Shown here in pieces: positions 10,093-20,189 of a DNA stretch of 64,000 bases. The stretch is from a virus. How positions within the stretch are numbered: position 1 is the first letter of the stretch; every line of letters starts with the position of its first letter. Location of the stretch: positions 2,940 through 66,939 of IMG/VR virus record IMGVR_UViG_3300044618_000993; one strand, written 5' to 3'. The notes below the pieces were generated by a model that searched no databases, was not told the origin of the DNA, and saw only the letters and a program-made list of their open reading frames with translations. The translations under genes were made by a program, and so were the position numbers.

Positions 10093-10953
10093 ATGGATCC
10101 AGTTACAATGATGTTGTTAGCTCAAGCAATCCCAACAGGGTTGCAGCTAGCCAAATCTTATAGTCAGTCTCAACAAGCTAAAGAGTTAGAGAAGGTTGGA
10201 AGACCAAAATATGAGATTCCTGAAGCTGTTGAACAACAAGTTAATCAAGCTAGATACCTAGCTGGCATGAGAGAGCTTCCTGGGCAAAACTTAATGGAAG
10301 CTAAATTGGGTCAAAACACCGCTAAAGGTATTTCTCAATTACAAAATGCTTCAGCTAACTCAGCTGACTTGGCTTCAAACATAGCAAGAATATATGGTGC
10401 CCAAAATGAAGGCGTTCAAAACATAGGATTAAAGGCTGGCCAAAACTGGCTAGGTCAACAAGGCCAACTAAGCAATGCATTGAGAATGTTGGGTCAATAC
10501 CAACAACAACAATGGGATTACAACCAAAAGCAACCATACGAAGAGGCCAAAGCAGCCGAAGCAGCATTAAGAGAAGCTTCTTACAGAAACTTAGCGGCAG
10601 CTTCAACAGGCATTGCAAGCGGAATCAGTGGAGCTGCAAATTTGCAATACCAAGACGATAGATTTAATAAAATGATGGATTTTTATAAGCAAAGTCCAAC
10701 ATATAGTTCAGTGACTGGCACTCAAAATACAACAGCAACTCCTGGGGTAACTGATCTTGGATATACTGATTTAAGAAGCGAAGGTTTTGTTGGGTATCCA
10801 TACGCTAACCCAATGCTACCTTCTTATAATGTTAGTAGAAAAAACTTAATATTTCCTTTAGATTTAAGGGATAGAGGCTATAAAGGGTATCCATATGCCC
10901 ATCCATATGAACCAGTAAGAACCAAGCCAAGCGGCATCTCATTCGTATTTTAA
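10093..10953 (+). CDS. Putative internal virion/ejection protein 1
   Basis: MDPVT-type start with hydrophobic N-terminus, A/Q/G-rich, no Cys; follows the muzzle gene as podovirus ejection genes do. Confidence 0.65.
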   Translation: MDPVTMMLLAQAIPTGLQLAKSYSQSQQAKELEKVGRPKYEIPEAVEQQVNQARYLAGMRELPGQNLMEAKLGQNTAKGISQLQNASANSADLASNIARIYGAQNEGVQNIGLKAGQNWLGQQGQLSNALRMLGQYQQQQWDYNQKQPYEEAKAAEAALREASYRNLAAASTGIASGISGAANLQYQDDRFNKMMDFYKQSPTYSSVTGTQNTTATPGVTDLGYTDLRSEGFVGYPYANPMLPSYNVSRKNLIFPLDLRDRGYKGYPYAHPYEPVRTKPSGISFVF

Positions 10954-10965
10954 TAAATAACAATA

Positions 10966-12525
10966 ATGTTAGACGGTAAAGGTTTAGTATATCAAAAAAG
11001 AGCAGGCACAGGTTCGGCAGTTTACACAGGACCAGCTGCTCAAATAGGAGCAAATCCTTTAGATGCCCTTGCTAATCAAATTAGAGTAGAAGGCAAATAT
11101 AAAGCGGCTGCTGCTGCAAAGCAAAAGGCGGAAGAAGCAAAAACTCTTAATGTTGATTTAACAGGTTGGGATTATGACAACAAAAGATTTTTTTCTGACC
11201 TAGAAAACAAATTAAAGCAAGAGGGAATGGCTTTAAAAATGGCAGGCAAAAGTTTAGATAATTATGCCGATAAAGAAGTATTAGATTGGCACAAAAAAGT
11301 CGATGAAGGTCAAAAAGCAGCATTAGCATCTGTGCATCAAGGCGATATGTATAAGGCGTTTGTTGATATGGTTAATAAAGATCCTGATAAATATGACAAG
11401 GAGCAAAGTATGACCAAAATTGGCACTTATATGCAAATGACCCCTGTAGAAAGATTAAGTGTTGACCCACAATCGTTAGCTGTGTTTAGGTATGATCCAT
11501 ACGGTCCAGTAGAAAAACTTGATATAGATAGATTTGGAAGCAAAGATGAGTGGAAAGGATTAACCAGTGAAGGCTTCAAAGAAACACTTCAAACCAAAAA
11601 GTTAAGAAGTGAAATTAACTCATTAGTTGAAAATCCTGAGAACTTAAAGTTCTATGAGTATAATAAGGATAAATACGGTTGGGAAAACTTAAATGACTAC
11701 AAGGAGTTCTTGTATAAGTATAAGAAAAACCAATTCGTAGCTGACTCTAAATATGGATTAATTAAACCTACCAATACATATGGATGGGGTTTCCAAGACT
11801 ACTACAATAATGTAGCAAATAGCGATGGATTAAATATCAATGTTGCTACAGCTCAACCTAGCGGTAAATCATCACCAACATTAACTCAAAATATATTATT
11901 AGATAAAGCCCAAGGCGTAGCTGGTGTAAACTTAGTAATCCCAGGTGGTGAAGCTAATATTTTAAAGAAAAATGAGTTAGGGGTTGGTGCTGCAAAAAGG
12001 CAAGGCAACTACACAATACAGAATGCTAACTTAGGTATAGCGTTAGTTCAAACCATGGATGGCAAATTACTACCAAGCAATCCTAATGGGATGCCAACTG
12101 GTGAATATTATGACATTAAAGATGCTAAAGGTGTCACTAAAAAGATGACTACTGCTGAAGCGTTTAAACAAGGTTTGGTAAGATACACACCAATAATTCA
12201 AGGTACTGGCAAATTCTTAAATGCATTAGGAATGCCTTTGTTTGATCCTATTGCTGCTCAGGCTGATAAATTTATAACTCCAGATATGGCTCAAAAATCT
12301 GCTGCTGAAAATGATGCATATCAAAAGTTATTAGCGTTGAATCAAGTATCTGATGAATACAACCAAAGAATGTTGCAACAAGCTAATGCAGCCATAGAGA
12401 AAAAACCAGCCGCAACAGAAATTAAAGCTAACACGGGAACTATGTTATATTGGCCAGAGTACAAAGCGGCTAATCCAAAAGCAACAAACGCAGATTATAT
12501 AGCATACAAAAAAACATTTAAATAA
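10966..12525 (+). CDS. Putative internal virion/ejection protein 2
   Basis: 519 aa, helical, no Cys; TAATG coupling to the giant gene. Confidence 0.55.
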   Translation: MLDGKGLVYQKRAGTGSAVYTGPAAQIGANPLDALANQIRVEGKYKAAAAAKQKAEEAKTLNVDLTGWDYDNKRFFSDLENKLKQEGMALKMAGKSLDNYADKEVLDWHKKVDEGQKAALASVHQGDMYKAFVDMVNKDPDKYDKEQSMTKIGTYMQMTPVERLSVDPQSLAVFRYDPYGPVEKLDIDRFGSKDEWKGLTSEGFKETLQTKKLRSEINSLVENPENLKFYEYNKDKYGWENLNDYKEFLYKYKKNQFVADSKYGLIKPTNTYGWGFQDYYNNVANSDGLNINVATAQPSGKSSPTLTQNILLDKAQGVAGVNLVIPGGEANILKKNELGVGAAKRQGNYTIQNANLGIALVQTMDGKLLPSNPNGMPTGEYYDIKDAKGVTKKMTTAEAFKQGLVRYTPIIQGTGKFLNALGMPLFDPIAAQADKFITPDMAQKSAAENDAYQKLLALNQVSDEYNQRMLQQANAAIEKKPAATEIKANTGTMLYWPEYKAANPKATNADYIAYKKTFK

Positions 12526-15500
12526 TGGATAATAAAATAAAAGAAGTATATCAATTTATTCCTCAAGGATACTTTAAAGACGAAGCTCAGTTTGAAAAAT
12601 TTGCTTCTGATCCTAAGAATGCAAAAGATTTATTTGCATTTATTAATGAAGGAACACCTGGGGCATTCAAAGACGAAGCTCAATTATCTAGTTATTTAGA
12701 CTTAAAAAAAAAAGAACCTACTCAATTGGGTTCTGGAGATGGCGAATCAGTTTCTCAATCGAAGTCGTTTGCTGAAAGGTTTGGTGAAGGGTTAGCTAAA
12801 AATAGGCCTATTATGGAAAAGGAATCTACAGTTCCTACTCCAACCAAATTGGGCATCGAAGGGGTTAAACCTGAGCCATTACCAAAAACAGAGCTACCGG
12901 TTAAGGCTAAAATTGAAAAAACAGTTCAACCTGTTACCGAAGAATCAAAGACAAAGTATCTTTGGGAATCTGTCAAAAAAGACGTTGATGCTTCTACAAG
13001 TATTACTACTCAAGAACATTTCAAAAGATTATCTGATGAATTTGCTAATGAGTATTTAGATGAAAGCCAAAAGCAAGAATACAGTTTTGTTAAAAACCTA
13101 AGGGATGCAGATGAGCTAGTTAAGAATTTACAAAAGGTATTAGAAAAGAATCCAAATAAACCAGCTGCTCAATTAAGTTTAAGCAAAGCAATAGCCGCCA
13201 AAGCAGTTCAAGAAACTGAATACACAAAGTATAAAGAGGCTAAGTATAAGCAAATAGACGCTGAAATTAAGGATCTAGAAGAAAAGGTAAACACAAGCCC
13301 ACTCTTCTCATCGTTTTGGGATAATGCTCGTAGAGACGATTACATCAACAAAATAAAAGAACTTAAATCACAAAAGGAAAATTTCTTCTTAGACGAAAAC
13401 GCATTAATTGAGAAAAAATATTCTGAGAACAAGACAGCTTTAGATAAATTTGAAATCCCAGGCAATACGCCTAAACAAAAATTACAAAACTATTATCTAA
13501 CCTTAAACAAGGAAAGAGAAATTGTATTAAATCAAATAGAGCGAAAATACAATGAATTGTCAGGGGATACTCTAGACAACTTAAAAGTTAATTTAACTAA
13601 CGTATTTGGAACTAATGCTGGAGTAGATAATTTCATTAAAACTGTTGACGCTGTATTAGGAACTGACAATGGGTTAACAGATAAACTATCGGCTTTAAAT
13701 GAAAAGATGAAATCTTTGGCCCCTGCGGTATTGATTAATAGAAACCCTATTAAAGATGTCAATGAAGGGTTTGTAGAATCAACTTTAAAAAGCGCTATTC
13801 AAACATTAGTTCCTGCTACTCAAAATTTAATATCCACGCCTAGCAAATTAGCTGAAAATATAAAAGAATCATTGGCATTGTCTAGTTTATCAGATGATTT
13901 ATTATCAAAAACGACTGGCCAAATAGTTACTGAAAAGGCAAAAGGGCCAGAAGGGTTAACTAGAGAATGGTTTGGTAATATAGCCGGTACTGCATTAGGT
14001 ATGAATCCATACTTTTCGGCTGGTACTAGCTTGGTAAAATCAGCCTCTATTGCAATGGATTTTGCAAAAATTAGCAAATATTTAGCTGGAGCAAAATATG
14101 GTAAATACCTTGTTTCTAAACCAGTTATGACTGGCTTGGGATACAAGGTAGCTGGTTACTTAATGCCGTCTAATTCCTTGGTCAAAGATGAAGCAACATT
14201 TTTATCTGGTTTCTTTGGAGGTATTGCTCAAGCAGGTATTGAAAAGGTTATAAATACAAGTTATATCGCTCAAACGTTTAATAAGCTATTTAAAGATCAA
14301 GCCGAATCAATGGCAATAAAAGTAGCTAAAATTGGCGAAAGAGTTGGTATGGGCTTGGGTGAATATGGGGAAGAGGTAGGTAACACCGTTGGAGAAATGA
14401 TTGGTACTTGGGCATCAACTGGAGACTTTAAGAAGTTAAAGGCTGACTTTGAGCAAAATTTTGGTGCTATGGATAAAAACTTAGAGTTATTTGTAGCCTC
14501 ATTTACAATGGGTGCTATCATGAGCTCTGGCAATGCTTTCGGCAAATCAGCTAATGCTAAAAGTAGAGATTACTACAACAACTTATCAGCTAACGATAAA
14601 AAGAAAGCAGATTCATTTGTACAAAGAGTAACTCAAGAAAGATATAATGCAATGGTAGCGGCTAAGAAAGCCGATATACAAGAAACTGGCATCAAGCCAA
14701 CGCCTGTAACGCCAAAAGACTTAGCAGACAAACAAGAGGCAATTGATATTTTAACTAATCCACAAAGCGGTGTAGATGAAAAGAAGGCTGCATTATCTGT
14801 ATTAGCGGATGTTGATTTAAAGATTGAGAACGACAAAATTACTAAGGCTGCTGAGGCAGAATTAAAAGCGGGCAACACATCGACAGAGGTTAAGCCGGAG
14901 GACGCTGTAATGGAGCCAATTCCAAGCGCTGAGGGTACAATAGTAACTAAAGAAGGAACCGTTGAGCCAGCGGTTGCTGAAGTTAAGCCATTAACCGAAG
15001 GTGATCAGGTTCAACTTGAGCCACAAATTAAAGGTGGTATGCCTAGAATCATGGAGTTCAAGGACAATACATGGCAACAAAAGGTAGGTAACGAATACAC
15101 AACAGTATCAAAAGAAGTACAACAAGAAGCACAAAATTTATATGATAGTCAAAACAAGCAAAGGGTATCAGGTGAAGTCGGAGTCGGGCAAGAACCTCTC
15201 CAAACCAAACCTATCGAAGGAGGCCGCCAAGAAGCGCCTAGCACAAGTGGAAATGTTCAAGCATCTGAAGAAGTAACCACACCAACTCTCGTTACCCCTA
15301 AAATAGTAGATAATTTTATCAACACTGGATTTGTAGGTGACGATGTATTAACAAGCATTGCCGAAAAGATTAAAAACAATGAGACCTTAACAAAGGATGA
15401 GAATACAATCTTTAATGGCAAAACATCTGAAATAAATGAAATTTTAATTGACCTTAAAGATCAAGCTGGTACTATTGAGCAAAAGTCTCTAGAGATGGCT

Positions 15501-18500
15501 AACAAAAACGTATCTAAGTTTTTGGAGAAATTAGGCGTTAGTGTAAATTTTGTAAATAGTCAAGAGGAGTTTGAGCAAGCGGCAAAAAATGAAGGCGTAA
15601 AAGCCGAAAAGGGTGCTCAAGGATTTTTCATTGGTGAATCAGGTAAAATATATATTAATAAATCAAACCTTCAAAAATCTTGGGCTAAGACGGTGTTGTA
15701 TCACGAGGCTACGCACCCTATTATTAATATTATTAGGAACACAAACCCGGAAAAATACAAAGCACTTGTTAATGGCTTGCAAGAATTATCTAAGACTAAT
15801 ACTCAAGTAAAAGAAGCATTAGATTGGGTTAAAAAAGAATACGATGGCTCACCAAGCGGCACTATTGAAGATGAAGGTATTGTAGAGGTAATCTCTGGTA
15901 TTGCATCTGGTAAAATACCATTTGGCCAAATTAATCCAACCCTAAGAGAAAGGTTAATTGATTTTATGAATCAAATCCTTAGGGCTTTAGGAAAGAAAGA
16001 AATTACACCTAAGACAGATACAGAGACATTCAAGAAGACTGCTAGAGAAATAGCCTATGCTATGAGAGAAGGTAAGTCTGCGGCTAAGATTGTAGGCAAG
16101 GAAAACGTAAAAGAGTACAAATACAAAGCAGTCTCTAATTTAAGTGGCCAATTTTCTATAACCAAATTTGGTAAATCAGGAATTAAAAAATCACCTGTTT
16201 TAGACAAAGATGAGTATAAGAAAAAACTTGAAAACGGCACATTAAAAATAAGCACTCCACAAGAAGCATTAGGTGACAGTACATTTATGCTTACATTCCC
16301 AGACGATTTATTTGTAGGGGATATCTTTATTGGAAACAATAAGGTTGCTGAGTTTGGTGGCGGTGTTGTTTATGCTATCGTAGAAGGTGAGAAAGGTAGA
16401 ATGTGGGCATCTGTTAGTGAAAAAACAGCCAAAGCATTTGCAGACAATGTAAATAAAAGCTTAAAGATGAACAACGGTACTTCTTATGTTGTATTAGTTA
16501 AAGGTGCTGATACTAAGCACGTATCATCTATGTCAGCAAAAGTAGGGTTCATGAAAACTTTGCTAAGATATGCTGAGAAAAATGAGTCTATGGCCAACGG
16601 TTTATTGACAGCTATTAAAGAAATATATTCTATAGGCAATGTTGCTAAACCAGAATTAGCGATAAAGAGATTTGACAACTATTTAGAAGGCGGTAGAGGT
16701 GAGGATGGCCAAACAATGAAAGAAGCTAAGTCAGCATATGATGGGCTTCGATCGGCGTTAATTAAATACGCAAACCCATTGATTACCAAGATGGCTTTAG
16801 AGATGGGATATGGAAATGAGTATTTTAATGGCACAAAATTAAAAGGTAAAAACCCAGTTTACGAAGCGTCAAATCTAACCGTAGATAAAATGTTTGCTGA
16901 CTTGCTGCAAGAAGATTTCCTTAAAGGCGTACCAGCTGGAGAGGCTTATGCAGTTATTAAAACAAATAGCGAAGTAACTATTAAAAATGATTTGTCTCAC
17001 CCATCATACCCTTGGGTTATATTAACTAAAGACGGATCCCCTGTCGCTCTTGAATTGTTTGACAAAACATTCATGACATTTGGTAAAAATGAAGCAATAA
17101 CAGGTAGATATAGTGAACCAACTGAAGGCCCAACAGGTGGATTTGGTCAAGTTTCATATACTGTACCTAAATTTAAATTAAACCCAAATAAAGAATTAAA
17201 AGGGCCAGGAACTACTGATTTATTAGGTGCCATAAATAAATATAAGGCAGTAACAGAATCAAAACAAACGGCTAAGGCTCAGTTATCTAAAGGCAAAAGA
17301 GAAACTGCTGTAGTAGACGGTGTAGCACAGCGTGTCGCCTCAGTGCCGGATAGTTTAAGCATTGTTGACGGTTTCTATTCACCAATAGAAAAGCGTATCA
17401 CAGAGTTTAAGCAACCTAAAGCGTCAGCCACTAAGTGGAAAGAAATTGTAGGCTCTAAATCTGACGAAGCGGTATTCTCTGGGATAGCTGATTGGTTAAA
17501 CACATTCAAGCCTGATCAACAAATCTCTAAAGAAGAGGTTCAAAACTTTATTAAAAACAATAGAGTTGAGATTAAGCAAGTTATCAAGGCTGATAATTGG
17601 AGAGAGTTCTATGATGAAAGAATGGCTGAGGTAGAAAAGGAAACAGAATACTTTAGGCAAAAAGGATTTAGCGGGTATCAAATAACTAGAACTCCAGACG
17701 AAATGTTTGATAAGCTAAGTGACGCTGATCAAGACAGATTAATTAATTTAAAAGCTGAAAAAGATTTTTTAAATGATGTTTATTATGATTATGGTAACTC
17801 AAGGCAAGTGTTAGCTGGTACCAAAGAAGAGGATATGCCTAAGTACATAAAGTACATCAATAGAGGCGATGCCCAAAACTACAAGGAAATACTTGTAACA
17901 GCTCCTGTTGGCAATAAATTAGAACAAGCTAACGCAATTATTGAAAAACGTTTAGAAGCTATAGACGATGAAATTGAGCAAACTAGAGAATATAAAAAGG
18001 TTGGCGATACTGGAACTGTTAACGATTTTAAATTAGTAGTTAATGACCAAGAAAGGTATGACAGCTTAGTTGCTGAACGCAAGTCTTTAATAGCTCAAGA
18101 GAAAGCAAACACTGAAAAGATTAGAGATTTAAAAAACAAGGAGTACAAATCATCTCATTACAACGAAAAAAACATTATAGTTCACACTAGAACAGATGTT
18201 AGACGTGATTCTGATGACAATAAGGTATTCTTTATTGAAGAGGTTCAATCTGATTGGGGTCAAGAGGGCAAGAGAGAAGGATTTATCGCAGAAAATAAAA
18301 GAGAAGCTCAGCGACAATATGAAATTGACAAAAATAGATATAGTAATATCCAACAAGACATTAAACAAGAAAAGTTTAATCTTGACAAAAACATAGAGCA
18401 AGATGCGGATATTAAAACTATTAAAAAATCTGGCATAGTTGCTTGGTTAGGATTAAAAGAGTTTAATGGTAAAACAGTTTTTACTAAAGATTCTGAAGGG

Positions 18501-19682
18501 GTTACGCCTCCTAAAAAAGAAGATATTATCCCATCAGAAGATTTACCAAAAAATTATGTAGATGCATATAACAGGGTAAAAGAAAGATCTAAAAAACTAG
18601 ATGAGTACATGGCAGAGAAAGATAGGTTGATAGCTAAGTATGGTCTTACGTATAATCCGTACGGTGTAACTTCTCTTACAGCGCCAGAAGGTATTTACGA
18701 AGGTCAAATTACTGAAGGACCGTATGTAACTAATACAAATTCTTGGACTAAATTAGGCTTAAAGATAGCCCTTCAACAAGCTGTTAAAGAAGGTGCTGAT
18801 AAAATTGCTTGGACCACTGGCGAACAACAAAATAAACGTTACGATTTATCTAAACAAGTAGACGCTGTTACCTATGAGAAAAATGATGATGGCACCTACA
18901 ATGTAGACGGCATAAAGAACAATAGATCCGTTTCTTACAAAGAAGATGTTCAAGCCGATCAACTTGAGTCTATGCTTGGCAAGGATGTAGCCGAAAGAAT
19001 CATTAATGATGAGGGCGATACATACTTTGATGGTAAATACATGGGCGGAGTAAAGGTATTAACTGGGGATCAGTTGACCGTTGGCGGCAAAGGAATGACC
19101 GCATTCTATGGTAGCATGGAAACCCCAGGTATACTAGGCAATGTAGCCAAAGCGTTAGTAAAAGAACTAACGGGTGTTGAGCCTAAAATTGAAGGCACGG
19201 AATTAGGTTATACCCCTGTTGAAGAAACTGAACTTATAACCACATTAGATCAATATGACAATGCGCTTAAAAAGGGTGGTATATTTTTTCAAAGAGGTGG
19301 CGAACTTATAACCAAAAAACAAGCATTTGAATTTATTGAAAAGGGCATGAAGATTGGCGTATCTTATCCTAAGGCTGACGTACAACCATCTATTGAAATT
19401 ACCCCAGAATTAAAGGCTGCCGTAGAAAAAGGTATGCCTCAATTCTCTAAAGGTAAAAAATCATCCGCAGCTGAGACTGAAAAAGTATTTAACAAAGCAA
19501 CTGACTTATTTTATAAAATCAAAGGGGCTGAAGGCTCTGCCAAAAGAAAAGCGTTAGCCGATGAGAGAAAAGCATTAATGGATAAAAACCCATCAATTAA
19601 ATTCATCGATGACAACGTTAAAGAGGTTTTAGATCAACTTGAAACAAAAAGAGTAGCAACAAGAAAAGGAAATTGTCCTTAA
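12525..19682 (+). CDS. Giant virion cargo / polyvalent protein with zincin metallopeptidase and C-terminal IEExQSDW domain
   Basis: 2385 aa; G/A-rich hydrophobic segment; QGFF...IYIN...LYHEATH (HExxH at 15702-15716); FYS...W...H-x-R...FIEEVQSDW...AVKEGADKIAW module typical of large polyvalent phage proteins. Confidence 0.75.
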   Translation: MDNKIKEVYQFIPQGYFKDEAQFEKFASDPKNAKDLFAFINEGTPGAFKDEAQLSSYLDLKKKEPTQLGSGDGESVSQSKSFAERFGEGLAKNRPIMEKESTVPTPTKLGIEGVKPEPLPKTELPVKAKIEKTVQPVTEESKTKYLWESVKKDVDASTSITTQEHFKRLSDEFANEYLDESQKQEYSFVKNLRDADELVKNLQKVLEKNPNKPAAQLSLSKAIAAKAVQETEYTKYKEAKYKQIDAEIKDLEEKVNTSPLFSSFWDNARRDDYINKIKELKSQKENFFLDENALIEKKYSENKTALDKFEIPGNTPKQKLQNYYLTLNKEREIVLNQIERKYNELSGDTLDNLKVNLTNVFGTNAGVDNFIKTVDAVLGTDNGLTDKLSALNEKMKSLAPAVLINRNPIKDVNEGFVESTLKSAIQTLVPATQNLISTPSKLAENIKESLALSSLSDDLLSKTTGQIVTEKAKGPEGLTREWFGNIAGTALGMNPYFSAGTSLVKSASIAMDFAKISKYLAGAKYGKYLVSKPVMTGLGYKVAGYLMPSNSLVKDEATFLSGFFGGIAQAGIEKVINTSYIAQTFNKLFKDQAESMAIKVAKIGERVGMGLGEYGEEVGNTVGEMIGTWASTGDFKKLKADFEQNFGAMDKNLELFVASFTMGAIMSSGNAFGKSANAKSRDYYNNLSANDKKKADSFVQRVTQERYNAMVAAKKADIQETGIKPTPVTPKDLADKQEAIDILTNPQSGVDEKKAALSVLADVDLKIENDKITKAAEAELKAGNTSTEVKPEDAVMEPIPSAEGTIVTKEGTVEPAVAEVKPLTEGDQVQLEPQIKGGMPRIMEFKDNTWQQKVGNEYTTVSKEVQQEAQNLYDSQNKQRVSGEVGVGQEPLQTKPIEGGRQEAPSTSGNVQASEEVTTPTLVTPKIVDNFINTGFVGDDVLTSIAEKIKNNETLTKDENTIFNGKTSEINEILIDLKDQAGTIEQKSLEMANKNVSKFLEKLGVSVNFVNSQEEFEQAAKNEGVKAEKGAQGFFIGESGKIYINKSNLQKSWAKTVLYHEATHPIINIIRNTNPEKYKALVNGLQELSKTNTQVKEALDWVKKEYDGSPSGTIEDEGIVEVISGIASGKIPFGQINPTLRERLIDFMNQILRALGKKEITPKTDTETFKKTAREIAYAMREGKSAAKIVGKENVKEYKYKAVSNLSGQFSITKFGKSGIKKSPVLDKDEYKKKLENGTLKISTPQEALGDSTFMLTFPDDLFVGDIFIGNNKVAEFGGGVVYAIVEGEKGRMWASVSEKTAKAFADNVNKSLKMNNGTSYVVLVKGADTKHVSSMSAKVGFMKTLLRYAEKNESMANGLLTAIKEIYSIGNVAKPELAIKRFDNYLEGGRGEDGQTMKEAKSAYDGLRSALIKYANPLITKMALEMGYGNEYFNGTKLKGKNPVYEASNLTVDKMFADLLQEDFLKGVPAGEAYAVIKTNSEVTIKNDLSHPSYPWVILTKDGSPVALELFDKTFMTFGKNEAITGRYSEPTEGPTGGFGQVSYTVPKFKLNPNKELKGPGTTDLLGAINKYKAVTESKQTAKAQLSKGKRETAVVDGVAQRVASVPDSLSIVDGFYSPIEKRITEFKQPKASATKWKEIVGSKSDEAVFSGIADWLNTFKPDQQISKEEVQNFIKNNRVEIKQVIKADNWREFYDERMAEVEKETEYFRQKGFSGYQITRTPDEMFDKLSDADQDRLINLKAEKDFLNDVYYDYGNSRQVLAGTKEEDMPKYIKYINRGDAQNYKEILVTAPVGNKLEQANAIIEKRLEAIDDEIEQTREYKKVGDTGTVNDFKLVVNDQERYDSLVAERKSLIAQEKANTEKIRDLKNKEYKSSHYNEKNIIVHTRTDVRRDSDDNKVFFIEEVQSDWGQEGKREGFIAENKREAQRQYEIDKNRYSNIQQDIKQEKFNLDKNIEQDADIKTIKKSGIVAWLGLKEFNGKTVFTKDSEGVTPPKKEDIIPSEDLPKNYVDAYNRVKERSKKLDEYMAEKDRLIAKYGLTYNPYGVTSLTAPEGIYEGQITEGPYVTNTNSWTKLGLKIALQQAVKEGADKIAWTTGEQQNKRYDLSKQVDAVTYEKNDDGTYNVDGIKNNRSVSYKEDVQADQLESMLGKDVAERIINDEGDTYFDGKYMGGVKVLTGDQLTVGGKGMTAFYGSMETPGILGNVAKALVKELTGVEPKIEGTELGYTPVEETELITTLDQYDNALKKGGIFFQRGGELITKKQAFEFIEKGMKIGVSYPKADVQPSIEITPELKAAVEKGMPQFSKGKKSSAAETEKVFNKATDLFYKIKGAEGSAKRKALADERKALMDKNPSIKFIDDNVKEVLDQLETKRVATRKGNCP
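15142..15276 (+). CDS. Nested 44-aa basic protein in the +1 frame of the giant gene
   Basis: ATG 15142 to TAA 15276 encodes MIVKTSKGYQVKSESGKNLSKPNLSKEAAKKRLAQVEMFKHLKK; AT-rich upstream; the host frame here is a low-complexity linker. Confidence 0.7.
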   Translation: MIVKTSKGYQVKSESGKNLSKPNLSKEAAKKRLAQVEMFKHLKK

Positions 19683-19687
19683 ATTTG
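19680..19687 (+). promoter_or_regulatory. -7 element TAAATTTG overlapping the giant-gene stop, 4 nt before the ferritin ATG
   Basis: TAnnTTTG-N4-ATG, same geometry as at 29793, 36066 and 54060. Confidence 0.55.
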
Positions 19688-19691
19688 TGCT

Positions 19692-20186
19692 ATGTTAAAA
19701 CCAAAAGTACTACCTCAGGAAATAGTAGACTTATTATTACCTAGGTTAAAGGATGAATTTAATGCTTACTACCTATATAGAGCAGCATCAAACTGGTGCC
19801 AAAACGTAGGTTTCTTTAAGGCTGCCGAGTTCTTTGCCGCTGAGTCTACTGACGAGTTAGCACACGCCAAGTTGTTAGAAAACTATCTAATAGATTGGAA
19901 CGTAACTCCAGAGTTGCCTACAATTGGTGAACCTAAGCTTGAGTTCTCAAGTTTAATTGACGTTATCGAGTCAGCCTACAAGGTTGAGTATGTATTATAC
20001 GAAGAGTACGAAGACACTTCAGCTAAGGCATTAAAGCTTGGCGACGTTTGTACCTTTAACTTTCTAGCCCAATTCAATGATTTTCAGCGCAAAGCAGTTG
20101 CTGAGTATTCAGATAAATTAAATATGTTAGAAGGTGTTTCTGGTAGTAAGTTTGAACTTTTATTGCTAGAGAAAAAACTATTCTAA
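19692..20186 (+). CDS. Ferritin-like protein
   Basis: DEFNAYYLY, FF...ESTDELAHA (E-x-x-H), AYKVE, D...FNFL...Q...E pattern of non-heme ferritins; 164 aa. Confidence 0.88.
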   Translation: MLKPKVLPQEIVDLLLPRLKDEFNAYYLYRAASNWCQNVGFFKAAEFFAAESTDELAHAKLLENYLIDWNVTPELPTIGEPKLEFSSLIDVIESAYKVEYVLYEEYEDTSAKALKLGDVCTFNFLAQFNDFQRKAVAEYSDKLNMLEGVSGSKFELLLLEKKLF

Positions 20187-20189
20187 TAT

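Noticed and set aside
13532-18401. Antisense ORFs within the giant gene, and similar ones such as 27307-27756
   Set aside because: Shadow ORFs expected from codon bias; no motifs or start context
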